From the NCBI GenBank assembly GCA_051382295.1, contig JBBCAW010000031.1, positions 1 to 64,000 of the forward strand: 64,000 nucleotides of DNA, given 5' to 3'. Of the stretch, positions 50,082 through 64,000 are shown piece by piece (the first letter of the stretch is position 1; each line of letters begins with the position of its first letter). Made by a program: the position numbers and the translations under genes. The notes under the pieces are model-generated. The model ran no database searches, was not told the origin of the DNA, and was given only the letters and a program-made list of their open reading frames with translations. The DNA is from Bdellovibrionota bacterium FG-1. GTDB lineage: Bacteria; Bdellovibrionota; UBA1018.

Positions 50082-52591
50082 TGAACCGTATCCGGCGCGT
50101 CGTCTGGGGTGTCCTGGCTAGGTACCAAAGGTCCTGCAATTTGCGCCGCTTCTGCAAGTAGCTCAAACGAAACCACCTTTTCGCCTGACGAAACATTCAT
50201 TAAGCGGACCCCTTGCGCCATTCGGCCCTGTTCAGAAATACCCGCCACGTTCGTGCGAATCATTTGGCCTTTATTCGACACGATCATCACATCATCAGTT
50301 GCCATTACTTGGCGTGCTCCAAGGACCGGACCATTCTTGTCCGTGGTCTTCATTGTGATGACACCCTTGCCCCCTCGTCCCTGATGCCTAAAATCCGACA
50401 CCGGCGTGCGCTTGCCGTAGCCGCCCTCGGTAATAATAAGAACTTCTGCACCAGTGGCATTGGATGCTTCGAGAATTTCCATCGAAACCACCCGATCACC
50501 CTCGTCTAAACTCATTCCAATTACGCCGCGCGCCGTTCGACCCACCAAACGAACATCTTCTTCGCTGAAACGAATACTCATCCCGCTTCGTGAACATAAA
50601 AAGATATCATTTTTTCCAGTCGAAACTTTTGCGCTTAAAAGTTCATCGCCTTCATCAATCGTGATGGCCATAATCCCGGCATTACGGACATTACTAAAAT
50701 CGCTCAAAGGCGTCTTCTTGATTGTCCCACCACGAGTCACCATGAGAATGTACTCATTCTCTTTAAACTCTTTGACCGGTAAAATGGCCTGAAGTTTTTC
50801 GCCGGGCGCGAGCGAAATCAAATTCACAATGGCCTTACCCTTAGAAATACGAGTTCCTTCAGGTACTTTGTACACCTTAAGCCAATACATCCGCCCATGA
50901 TCCGTGAAACAAAGAAGATAACTCAAGGTCGTACACCGGTAAATTGCGGTGACAAAGTCCTCTTCCCCCGTGGTCATGCCACGAATACCCTTACCGCCCC
51001 GTTGTTGTGCGCGAAATTGCGAAGGATCCGAGCGCTTAATATACCCCGTGTGGGTAATCGAAACGAGAGTTTCCTCATCCGCAATTAAATCTTCCGCTTC
51101 AAACTCAGTGAGTTCGGATTGCACGATTTCAGTGCGCCGCTTATCGCCGTATCGCTCTCTGATATCGATCAACTCTTTTTTGATCACCTGATAAATCTGA
51201 GCTTCGCTGCCCAAAATTTGCTTCAATTCTTCGATAAGAGCGAGAACCTGCTTGAGTTCTTCGATAATTTTGTCGCGCTCCAGCCCTGTTAACCGCTGTA
51301 AGCGCATTTCTAAAATCGCCTGCGCCTGAATTTGGCTGAATTCAAAACGGCTCATCAAACCCATCCGCGCCTCTTCCGGCCCTTGAGCGGCCTTGATGAG
51401 CGCGATGACCTGATCGATATTCTCGACCGCTCGTTTCAGGCCATCTAAAATATGGGCACGGGCTTCGGCCTTCTTTAAATCAAAAGTGGTTCGACGTACC
51501 ACGACGTCTTTACGGTGCTCGACAAACGCCCAAAGCATATCACGCAAGTTAAACGTCTTGGGCTGACCTTGGTGGATGGCCAGTAAATTGATTCCAAAGT
51601 TGTCCTGAAGCTGCGTTAACTTATAAAGCCGATTCAAAATGACGTTAGAGTTTTCGCCTTTTTTGATTTCAATCACCATCCGCATACCGGTCCGATCGGA
51701 CTCGTCGCGCAGATCCGAAATGCCCTCGATTTTTTTGTCTCGAACTAAATCCGCAATTTTTTCGATAAGCCTGGCTTTATTGACCTGATAAGGCAGCTCC
51801 GTTACGATAATTCGTTCACGATCGCCTTTCCACGTTTCAATATCAGCCCTGGCTCTCATCGTCACGGACCCACGACCTGTACGATAGGCCTCTCGCAAAT
51901 CTGCGCCGCCGAAAGCAAACGCGCCCGTCGGAAAATCTGGTCCCTTCACAAACTGAAACATCGCGTTTGTATCGAGACTAGGGTCGTCGATCAGCGCCAA
52001 CGTCGCACCAATGATTTCCGTAAGATTATGAGGGGGGATACTCGTCGCCATCCCGACCGCAATACCGGTGCTGCCATTGATGATTAAATTTGGAATTCTT
52101 GCAGGTAAAACTTTGGGTTCCGTTAAACTATCATCGTAGTTGGGGCCAAAATCGACCGTTTCCTTGTCGAGGTCCGCCAACATCTCCTCGGTGATTTTGT
52201 CCATGCGAATTTCGGTATAACGCATGGCTGCGGGAGAATCTCCGTCGACCGAACCAAAGTTTCCCTGCCCGTCCACTAACGTATAACGGAGTGAAAAGTC
52301 CTGGGCCATTCGCACAATCGTGTCGTAAACAGCCACGTCTCCGTGAGGATGATACTTACCGATCACATCCCCGACCACGCGCGCTGACTTTTTATAAGGT
52401 TTATTATGTGTATTGCCCAAATCGTACATCGCGTACAACGCCCGCCGATGCACCGGTTTGAGACCATCGCGAACATCGGGCAACGCGCGCCCGACAATGA
52501 CGCTCATAGCATAGTCGAGGTATGCTCCACGCATCTCTTCTTCGATCGTTACCACCTGAATATTTTGTTTATCCTGAATCTGATCACTCAT
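50078..52591 (-). CDS. gyrA: DNA gyrase subunit A
   Basis: [28 protein letters not shown], GyrA-box QQRGGKG, beta-pinwheel CTD. Confidence 0.98.
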   Translation of the reverse strand: MSDQIQDKQNIQVVTIEEEMRGAYLDYAMSVIVGRALPDVRDGLKPVHRRALYAMYDLGNTHNKPYKKSARVVGDVIGKYHPHGDVAVYDTIVRMAQDFSLRYTLVDGQGNFGSVDGDSPAAMRYTEIRMDKITEEMLADLDKETVDFGPNYDDSLTEPKVLPARIPNLIINGSTGIAVGMATSIPPHNLTEIIGATLALIDDPSLDTNAMFQFVKGPDFPTGAFAFGGADLREAYRTGRGSVTMRARADIETWKGDRERIIVTELPYQVNKARLIEKIADLVRDKKIEGISDLRDESDRTGMRMVIEIKKGENSNVILNRLYKLTQLQDNFGINLLAIHQGQPKTFNLRDMLWAFVEHRKDVVVRRTTFDLKKAEARAHILDGLKRAVENIDQVIALIKAAQGPEEARMGLMSRFEFSQIQAQAILEMRLQRLTGLERDKIIEELKQVLALIEELKQILGSEAQIYQVIKKELIDIRERYGDKRRTEIVQSELTEFEAEDLIADEETLVSITHTGYIKRSDPSQFRAQQRGGKGIRGMTTGEEDFVTAIYRCTTLSYLLCFTDHGRMYWLKVYKVPEGTRISKGKAIVNLISLAPGEKLQAILPVKEFKENEYILMVTRGGTIKKTPLSDFSNVRNAGIMAITIDEGDELLSAKVSTGKNDIFLCSRSGMSIRFSEEDVRLVGRTARGVIGMSLDEGDRVVSMEILEASNATGAEVLIITEGGYGKRTPVSDFRHQGRGGKGVITMKTTDKNGPVLGARQVMATDDVMIVSNKGQMIRTNVAGISEQGRMAQGVRLMNVSSGEKVVSFELLAEAAQIAGPLVPSQDTPDDAPDTVH

Positions 52592-52614
52592 GCTGTTTTA
52601 AGCCTTTTTGCTGT

Positions 52615-57300
<4,686 letters not shown>

Positions 57301-57323
57301 TCGTATGCCCCTTTATTTAGAAC

Positions 57324-58430
57324 CTAAATGCGCATTGGCATAATCACGTAAGTATGATTTTGCTGACCGGACGCTCTTAGAATTCCTGGACTTAGACGAT
57401 CTTTTAGGTGCAACTCAAGTTGATCGCCTTTAACGACTCCCAGACACTCCAAGAGATACTTAGAGTTAAAGCCTACATCCATGGGCTCACCGACGTATTC
57501 GACATCCAGCTCTTCACGGGCTTCGCCCATATCAGGATTACTGGAGGAGATAGTCAGAGAGGTTCCTTGCAGGACGAGCTTAACGCCACGACTCTTTTCA
57601 TGAGCCAGAAGGCTGACTCGCTTAAGGGCCGAATTAAATTCTTCGCGATTCATCTTGACGATCTTATCCACAAGTTTAGGGATGACGACGCGGTAATCGG
57701 GATATTCGCCGTCAATCAATCTTACAAAAATATAGGTATTGTGGAGTTTAGCAAAAAGATAACCGCGTTCAAAAGCAAGTCCGACGGTTGAAGACGTTTC
57801 GCTGAGAAGCTTTCGAAGCTCAGTGAGACCTTTTTTAGGGATAATAATGCCTCGCTTGAGCTCAGGCATTTTAAGAAATACTTCTTGATCCACAAACGAA
57901 AGACGATGCCCGTCGGTTGCAGTCATTCGCATGACGTTGTTTTCAAGGTGTTCAAAGAAGACACCATTGAGGTGATAGCGAGTGGCATCGGTAGAAACTG
58001 CAAATTGCGTGCGATCGATCATGTCAACCAGTGCTTCTACACGAGCCTCAAAATAATTTTTTTCTTCAAAGGCTGGAAGAGGCGGGTATTCATCGGCGGT
58101 CAAACTGACAACGTTAAAACGTGATTTTCCACAAACTAATTCGACCCAGTTGTTTTCCTTACGGGTGATGTGAATTTCTTTGGAGGGTAATTCTTTGATA
58201 ATATCGAGAAAATGTTTTGCCGAAAGCGTGATTTTTCCTTCTTCGGCATTTTCAATAGGAAGGGTGACTTTAACACCAACCTCTAGATCTGTTCCACAAA
58301 GGGAAAGTTCATTGCCCTTGACGACACAAAGAATGTTTCCAAGAATTTGAATCGTGTTTCGCTTTTCCACTACCGACTGGACTTTTTGCAAGGCATCCAG
58401 GAGCGGATCCCGATGAATCGTAAATTTCAT
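57324..58430 (-). CDS. dnaN: DNA polymerase III beta clamp
   Basis: GTDLEV, R..LNGV, ATDGHRL, RLIDGEYPDY..VIP, GFNSKYL, VIMPMRI. Start moved to ATG 58430. Confidence 0.97.
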   Translation of the reverse strand: MKFTIHRDPLLDALQKVQSVVEKRNTIQILGNILCVVKGNELSLCGTDLEVGVKVTLPIENAEEGKITLSAKHFLDIIKELPSKEIHITRKENNWVELVCGKSRFNVVSLTADEYPPLPAFEEKNYFEARVEALVDMIDRTQFAVSTDATRYHLNGVFFEHLENNVMRMTATDGHRLSFVDQEVFLKMPELKRGIIIPKKGLTELRKLLSETSSTVGLAFERGYLFAKLHNTYIFVRLIDGEYPDYRVVIPKLVDKIVKMNREEFNSALKRVSLLAHEKSRGVKLVLQGTSLTISSSNPDMGEAREELDVEYVGEPMDVGFNSKYLLECLGVVKGDQLELHLKDRLSPGILRASGQQNHTYVIMPMRI

Positions 58431-58548
58431 TTCAGCACCCCTGATGAATCTCTCGCTGTTTTTTGACCGAATGACAAGAGTTCTCTCTTGTCTCAAAAGA
58501 TCCTTTTTTTGGCTTTCTACTAAAAGGCACTTTTATCTCAATTTCTTT

Positions 58549-59016
58549 CAGTAGTAGTAGTAGGGCCTGTGGATAAGTGGATAACTCACTTAAGTGTTCG
58601 TTTTTATATGATAAAGTTGGTGGATAATCCGGTGGATAACCGATGGGGATAACTTTTGCCATTTGGGGATAACTTTCACGAAATCTCAAAAAAGCGACTT
58701 ATCCACCGGTTATCCCCAAAAAAATGGGGATAACTTTAAATAATAGACAGTAAATGTCAGTTTATACCTTCTTTTAGCCAGGCAAATAAGGGGAGTCGAT
58801 GACTTATCCCCAAAAGTAGACTCTTTTATTTTAATTTTGGGGTTTCAAAAAGAATCGAAAATGACGTGGATAAGGGGATAACTTTTTTAGTAACTGAATT
58901 TAAAGAGTAAAACAAATTTAGTCTTGTGGATAACTATGGGGATAAAGCTGGGGATAACTATCGGATAACTTTTTATCCAACACTTATCAACAGAGTTATC
59001 CACCAGGTTATCCCCA
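58549..59016. other. oriC: Chromosomal replication origin oriC (DnaA-box array plus unwinding element)
   Basis: About 20 TTATCC(A/C)C(A/C)-type boxes on both strands, with perfect TTATCCACA at 58568-58576 and 58925-58933 (minus strand). GGCC followed by TAG trios at 58552-58567. AT-rich and directly upstream of dnaN. Confidence 0.9.
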
Positions 59017-59200
59017 AAAATTCAATATCTTATAAAAGTGGTTTAGTATAATGATAGATTTTTGGAAATTACTGCCGCAGCGGAGGTGAGGATGAAGGTT
59101 TGGCATTAAAAGTGGCTTGCCGGCGGTTTTTTGCGGCGATCAAGGATGAAGGTCCGGGAATTCACGCGACACTGGTTGCTTTAAAAGTCGAGCTTTCTGG

Positions 59201-59488
59201 ATGAAAATCGAACTGCTTGAAGAAGTAAGTGAGTTTTGTTCGAGTCGAACAGATGTGCATATTCCTCACCTTCGGCAGAAGGTGAGCAAAGCCCTGCAGA
59301 GCGGTGTTTTAGTCTTGGTTTCTCGCCAGGGGGTAAAGAGTATTACCGTGTCTTTTTTGGATGAATGGCTAGGACCTCTGATTGTCCAGTTCGGGTTAGA
59401 AAGGGTTCAAGCCGGAGTTCAGTTTGAGCCGCCTTTGGAACCATTTCTTGCCCAACAATTAGAAAGATCCCATCGGTTGCGGGGATAA
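59201..59488 (+). CDS. Small STAS-like (DUF4325-like) protein
   Basis: GVKSITVSFLDEWLGPL resembles the DUF4325 GV..I..SF.DE.FG.L pattern. Confidence 0.5.
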   Translation: MKIELLEEVSEFCSSRTDVHIPHLRQKVSKALQSGVLVLVSRQGVKSITVSFLDEWLGPLIVQFGLERVQAGVQFEPPLEPFLAQQLERSHRLRG

Positions 59489-59511
59489 AGGCAAATAAAT
59501 AAGATTAGCCC

Positions 59512-59907
59512 TCACCGCTTGGGCGCATTCTCCCGAATGTACGTCACCACTTCTTCTAAGCTCGCGCCCGGCGTGAACACCATATGAACGCCGATCTTTT
59601 TAAGGGCCACGATATCCTCGTCGGGGATAATTCCGCCGACAATAAAGAGTGCGTCAGTGAGCCCCTTCTTTTTAATGCCATCTACGATTTCGGGGACAAG
59701 CGCATTGTGAGCGCCCGACAGGATGCTCAACCCTACCACATTGACGTCTTCGTCAATTGCGGCGGTAATGACCATTTCAGGGGTTTGATGGAGCCCAGTA
59801 TAGATCACCTCAAAACCCGCATCGCGCAAAGCGCGAGCAATCACCTTAGCGCCACGGTCGTGGCCATCGAGACCTGGCTTAGCAACAAGAACACGGATCT
59901 TTTTCAT
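59512..59907 (-). CDS. icmB: Cobalamin-binding small subunit of acyl-CoA mutase (IcmB-like)
   Basis: [12 protein letters not shown] (DxHxxG), GLS.LSGAH, GGIIP, FTPG. Confidence 0.85.
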   Translation of the reverse strand: MKKIRVLVAKPGLDGHDRGAKVIARALRDAGFEVIYTGLHQTPEMVITAAIDEDVNVVGLSILSGAHNALVPEIVDGIKKKGLTDALFIVGGIIPDEDIVALKKIGVHMVFTPGASLEEVVTYIRENAPKR

Positions 59908-61589
59908 TAAAAACTCCCTGTTTCGCGATATTCGCCGTAAACGCCCCGAAGTGTATCACAGACTTCTTGGAGCGTTGCGTACGCTTTAACCGCTTGAATG
60001 ATCGAAGGCATCATGTTTTTGCCGGCGTGTGCGTCTTCTTTGACCAGGCGGAGCCCGTCAGCGTGGGCTTTCTGATCCCGTCGAAGTTTGAGGTCCGCGA
60101 GTCTTTGAGACTGATTTTTTTCGACATTGGCGCCAATCGAAAGGGTTTCAATCGTGCGCTTGGGTTCTTTTACTTGGTACTTATTTACTCCCACCATCAC
60201 TTTTTCTTTAGACTCTAAAAGACGCTGAAATTGATAGGCGCTGTTGGCGATCTCTGACTGTGGATAACCTCGCTCAATTGCCGCGATAATGCCGCCCATC
60301 TCGTCGATTTTACGGATATAATCTAAAGCCTCTCGTTCAACGCGGTTGGTGAGAGATTCCATAAAGTATGAACCGCCAAACGGGTCAACCACATTGGCGA
60401 CACCGCTCTCTTCGGCGATAATTTGCTGAGTGCGCAGGGCAATCATCACCGATTCGTCAGTCGGCAGCGCCAGCGTCTCATCCATCGAATTGGTATGCAG
60501 AGACTGAGTTCCGCCCATAACCGCGGCAAGAGCTTGGACCGCCACACGGACAATATTGTTATAAGGCTGTTGGGCGGTTAATGAGACGCCAGCAGTCTGC
60601 GCGTGGGTGCGAAGCATCCAGCTTTTTGGGTCTTTGGCGCCATAGCGATCGCGCATGAGACGGGCCCAAATTCGGCGGGCCGCGCGAAACTTAGCGATTT
60701 CCTCGAAGAAGTCGTTATGAACATCCCAGAAGAAGGAGAGACGGGGGGCAAAATCGTCAATAGGCATGCCTCGTTTGAGGCAGCCTTCCACATAGCCAAG
60801 ACCATCGGCAAGCGTGAAGGCGAGTTCTTGAACCGCCGTCGCGCCGGCTTCACGGATATGATACCCGGAAATACTCACCGTATTCCAGTTGGGGTAATGC
60901 TTGGAGCCGTATTCAATCGTGTCGATCACGAGTCCAAACGCGGGAAGAACAGGGAATAACCATTCTTTTTGAGCAATATATTCTTTGAGGATATCATTTT
61001 GCAGAGTGCCGCGGACTTTTTCCTTCGGAACCCCCTGTTTTTCGGCCACTGCCAGATACATGGCCAGAATGACAATCGCTGGACCATTGATCGTCATCGA
61101 GGTCGTGACATCGCCTAAGGAAATTCCGGCAAAAAGTTCTTCGATGTCTTCAATCGAGGACACCGAAACACCGCATTTACCGACTTCGCCTTTAGATTTT
61201 GGACTATCAGCATCGTAGCCCATCAGCGTTGGCATATCAAAAGCGGTCGAAAGTCCCGTTTGCCCATTGGCAAGCAGGAGTTTAAAGCGCTGATTGGTTT
61301 CCTTGGCGCTGGCAAATCCCGCAAATTGGCGCATCGTCCAGAGCTTGCCGCGATACATATTGCGCTGGACACCACGGGTGAACGGAAATTCACCGGGAAA
61401 ACCGAGATCACGAAGGTAATCCAAACCCTCGTTTTCAAGGTCAAGCGGCGTTGAAAGCATGGGGACGTCCATGTCGCTCAAAGTAGTAAAGCGAGCAGGG
61501 CGGGGAGCTATTTTTTTTTCAGCAGCCTTGAGACGCTGTTCCCATTCGTCTTTTTTTTGCTGAAGATTTTTATCGGAGGGGTTCGGCAT
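59907..61589 (-). CDS. icmA: Acyl-CoA mutase large subunit, isobutyryl-CoA mutase type
   Basis: FPG.FPFTRG...[47 protein letters not shown] and Q at the specificity positions. Confidence 0.8.
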   Translation of the reverse strand: MPNPSDKNLQQKKDEWEQRLKAAEKKIAPRPARFTTLSDMDVPMLSTPLDLENEGLDYLRDLGFPGEFPFTRGVQRNMYRGKLWTMRQFAGFASAKETNQRFKLLLANGQTGLSTAFDMPTLMGYDADSPKSKGEVGKCGVSVSSIEDIEELFAGISLGDVTTSMTINGPAIVILAMYLAVAEKQGVPKEKVRGTLQNDILKEYIAQKEWLFPVLPAFGLVIDTIEYGSKHYPNWNTVSISGYHIREAGATAVQELAFTLADGLGYVEGCLKRGMPIDDFAPRLSFFWDVHNDFFEEIAKFRAARRIWARLMRDRYGAKDPKSWMLRTHAQTAGVSLTAQQPYNNIVRVAVQALAAVMGGTQSLHTNSMDETLALPTDESVMIALRTQQIIAEESGVANVVDPFGGSYFMESLTNRVEREALDYIRKIDEMGGIIAAIERGYPQSEIANSAYQFQRLLESKEKVMVGVNKYQVKEPKRTIETLSIGANVEKNQSQRLADLKLRRDQKAHADGLRLVKEDAHAGKNMMPSIIQAVKAYATLQEVCDTLRGVYGEYRETGSF

Positions 61590-61592
61590 AAA

Positions 61593-62747
61593 TCAAGCTC
61601 CGCTGAGTTCTTGTGCAGCAATCACAATTCGCTGAATCTCAGAAGTTCCTTCGTAAATTTCGGTGATTTTGGCATCCCGAAAGTTGCGTTCGACAACGTA
61701 CTCTTTGGTGTAGCCGTAGCCGCCGTGCACTTGAATCGCTTTAGTCGTAATCCACATGGCGGCTTCGGATGCGGCGAGTTTGGCCATCGCGGCGTCCTTG
61801 GTGTACTTGGCTCCCAGATCTTTTTGTCTTGCGGCAGACCAGGTGAGTAATCGCGCGCCTTGCAGGCGAGTGGCCATGTCGGCAATAAAAAATTGAATAG
61901 CCTGCAGTTTGGCAATAGGGGCGCCAAACTGTTCACGTTCGGAGGCAAATTTTTTGGAAGCGTCCAAGGCGCAACGGGCGATGCCAAGAGCCTGAGATGC
62001 GATACCGATGCGTCCGCCATCCAGAGTCGAAAGCGCGACTTTAATTCCTTGGCCTTCTTTTCCAAGGAGGCAATTGTCAGGAACAAAAACACCGTCAAAG
62101 AAAAGCTGGGCCGTGGATGAGGCAGAAATTCCAAGCTTCTCTTCAATTTTTGAAACCACAAAACCTTTGGATTTGGTGTCTACGATAAAGGCACAAACGC
62201 CCTTATGTCCTAGCGCTTTGTCGGTGGTGGCAAAAAGAATACAAACATCGGCTTCCCGGCCGTTGGTGATCCAGTTTTTAGTTCCGTCAATCTGATAGCC
62301 GCCGGGGACCTTCTTGACCATGCAGGTGAGCCCTGCGGGGTCGGAACCGGCACCGGGTTCTGAGAGAGCAAAACAGCCCAGCGTTTCACCACGAGCGAGG
62401 GGTATGAGCCACTTTTTCTTTTGTTCTTCAGTCCCAAAAGCTAAAATGGGGTAGCAAGAGAGCGAGTTGTTGACCGACATAATCACACCGGTCGAAGCAC
62501 AGGCCGCCGAAATCTCTTCTAATGCCATCGCGTAAGAGACGGTGTCCATTCCCGCGCCACCGTACTCTTCAGGAACCATCATGCCCATCAAACCCATTTC
62601 AGCGAGTTGTTTGATGATCTCGGTTGGAAAACGGCCTGTTTCATCGAGTTCTTTGGCTTTAGGAGCCACGTTGGCCCGCGCAAAAGCGCGAACTTGGTCG
62701 ATGAGCATTTGCTTGGATTCGTCTTGTTCTGGCCAACCGTTAATCAT
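61593..62747 (-). CDS. Short-chain (butyryl-CoA-type) acyl-CoA dehydrogenase
   Basis: FALSEPGAGSD, G.K.WITNG, LDGGRIGIA.QA.G, REQFG, QVHGGYGY, IYEGTSEIQR. Confidence 0.92.
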   Translation of the reverse strand: MINGWPEQDESKQMLIDQVRAFARANVAPKAKELDETGRFPTEIIKQLAEMGLMGMMVPEEYGGAGMDTVSYAMALEEISAACASTGVIMSVNNSLSCYPILAFGTEEQKKKWLIPLARGETLGCFALSEPGAGSDPAGLTCMVKKVPGGYQIDGTKNWITNGREADVCILFATTDKALGHKGVCAFIVDTKSKGFVVSKIEEKLGISASSTAQLFFDGVFVPDNCLLGKEGQGIKVALSTLDGGRIGIASQALGIARCALDASKKFASEREQFGAPIAKLQAIQFFIADMATRLQGARLLTWSAARQKDLGAKYTKDAAMAKLAASEAAMWITTKAIQVHGGYGYTKEYVVERNFRDAKITEIYEGTSEIQRIVIAAQELSGA

Positions 62748-63537
62748 GAGCTAGTCCCTCAAATTTGGGTTTACGCTTTTCCACAAATGCGGTCATACCC
62801 TCGCGTTGATCGGGCGACCCGAAGAGCTGACCAAAGGTCTGCGCTTCACCGTCGAGCTTATAGTTGAGCCCAACACTTTCTGAAAATTCGTTCATCAGCC
62901 GTTTTGCGCGCGCGATTGCCGAATGCGATTGCTGCGCGATGGTCCGGGCAAGTTCTAATACCGAAGTCATGAAGTTTTCCGCCGGAAAAACGTGATTGGC
63001 TAGTCCGATTTCTTTGGCTTCCGCAGCTTTAATTCGTTTTCCGGAAAAAATGAGTTCTTTGGCTTTCGGCCAACCCACAAAGCGCGCGAGGCGGATGGTG
63101 CCGCCAAAACCAGGAATGATTCCTAGGCTGACCTCAGGTTGACCAAAAACGGCCTTTTCGCTTGCGACAATAAAATCACAGGCGATCGCTATTTCAGTAC
63201 CGCCTCCCAAAGCAAAACCATTAACGGCCGCGATCGTGGGCTTGGGCATGAGTTCTAAAAGCTTGGTGATTTCGTGTCCGAGTTGTGAAAAGCGAACGCC
63301 TTCGCCCTGTGTTTTATCCTTCATTTCAGAAATGTCCGCACCTGCGATAAAAGATTTTTCGCCATCGCCGGTGAGCACCAAAACACGAATTTCCGGATCA
63401 ATGGCGTCTTGAGTGAGTTGGGTTTTGAGATCTTCCAGGGTTTGGGTATTTAAAGCGTTGAGCGCTTCGATGCGCGAGATCTTGATGACGCGGATTCCAG
63501 GTTCGAACGCCTCAACAACCAGGTTTTTAGACGTCAT
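62740..63537 (-). CDS. crt: Enoyl-CoA hydratase (crotonase)
   Basis: [36 protein letters not shown]. Start moved to ATG 63537. Confidence 0.9.
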   Translation of the reverse strand: MTSKNLVVEAFEPGIRVIKISRIEALNALNTQTLEDLKTQLTQDAIDPEIRVLVLTGDGEKSFIAGADISEMKDKTQGEGVRFSQLGHEITKLLELMPKPTIAAVNGFALGGGTEIAIACDFIVASEKAVFGQPEVSLGIIPGFGGTIRLARFVGWPKAKELIFSGKRIKAAEAKEIGLANHVFPAENFMTSVLELARTIAQQSHSAIARAKRLMNEFSESVGLNYKLDGEAQTFGQLFGSPDQREGMTAFVEKRKPKFEGLAHD

Positions 63538-64000
63538 AGCGATAAAATCCCCGTCCGGTTTTACGGCCGAGCCAGCCGGCGGCGACATATTGTTTCAGCA
63601 GGGGAGAGGGACGATATTTAGAATCGCCCAGGCCTTCGTGAAGAACTTGCATAATAGCTAAACAGGTGTCCAGACCAATAAAATCGGCCAAAGTAAGGGG
63701 CCCCATCGGCTGATTCGTGCCCAGCTTCATCGCTGTGTCGATGTCCTCAGCCGAAGCCACGCCCTCATGAAGCGCGGTGACGGCTTCGTTGATCATGGGC
63801 ATGAGAATGCGATTAACCGCAAAGCCAGGCTGATCCTTGGCCTCGATAAAGGTCTTTCCCATTTTTTCAGCAACGGCGCGGGTCGCCGAAAAAGTCTCGT
63901 CTGAAGTTTGTAATCCGCGAATTCCTTCTACGAGTTTCATGATTGGAACCGGATTCATAAAGTGCACACCCGCGACTTTTTCGGGGCGTTTGGTTTGGGC
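63527..64000 (-). CDS. hbd: 3-hydroxybutyryl-CoA dehydrogenase, C-terminal part (start outside window)
   Basis: [48 protein letters not shown]. Confidence 0.92.
   Translation of the reverse strand, partial: AQTKRPEKVAGVHFMNPVPIMKLVEGIRGLQTSDETFSATRAVAEKMGKTFIEAKDQPGFAVNRILMPMINEAVTALHEGVASAEDIDTAMKLGTNQPMGPLTLADFIGLDTCLAIMQVLHEGLGDSKYRPSPLLKQYVAAGWLGRKTGRGFYRYDV

Noticed and set aside
58432..58689. 85-aa ORF upstream of dnaN, and the 58496 start for dnaN
   Set aside because: The ORF is a translation of the DnaA-box array (YPQ/YPP repeats). dnaN homology begins at MKFTI (58430).
58549..59016. CRISPR array or tandem repeat
   Set aside because: The repeats are 9-mers in both orientations with irregular spacing, i.e. 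DnaA boxes. I saw no repeat-spacer array or cas gene in the window.

Overview
Core-chromosome segment around the replication origin of a deltaproteobacterium-like organism. Bdellovibrionota/Myxococcota is an inference from gene content and order. Left to right: (1) the right edge of a probable genomic island at tRNA-Ser(TGA), holding an oddly arranged IS66 (tnpA-tnpB convergent with DUF4338-tnpC) and a 5'-truncated SF2 helicase; (2) serS and a GYF-TM-TPR protein; (3) a canonical 14-gene nuoA-N complex I operon; (4) directly upstream, a second intact 11-gene nuoABCDHIJKLMN-like operon; (5) mfd, two PPIases, pdxA, PMM/PGM, uvrA and a metallophosphoesterase; (6) an AAA/DUF4143 ATPase, a TRL lipoprotein and the F0 genes atpZ/I-B-E; (7) gyrA-fabH-gyrB-recF-dnaN; (8) an oriC with about 20 DnaA boxes and DnaA-trios but no adjacent dnaA; (9) a butyryl-CoA/isobutyryl-CoA mutase operon. 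Main finding: the second complex I-like operon keeps all of its Fe-S ligands, a consensus promoter and translational coupling. By eye-alignment to its canonical neighbour, it has lost the quinone-binding residues and nearly the whole proton-translocating charged axis, often by E->Q and K->Q/R changes. This suggests a maintained 'pseudo-complex I' of unknown function. All alignments were done by eye and no database searches were run.
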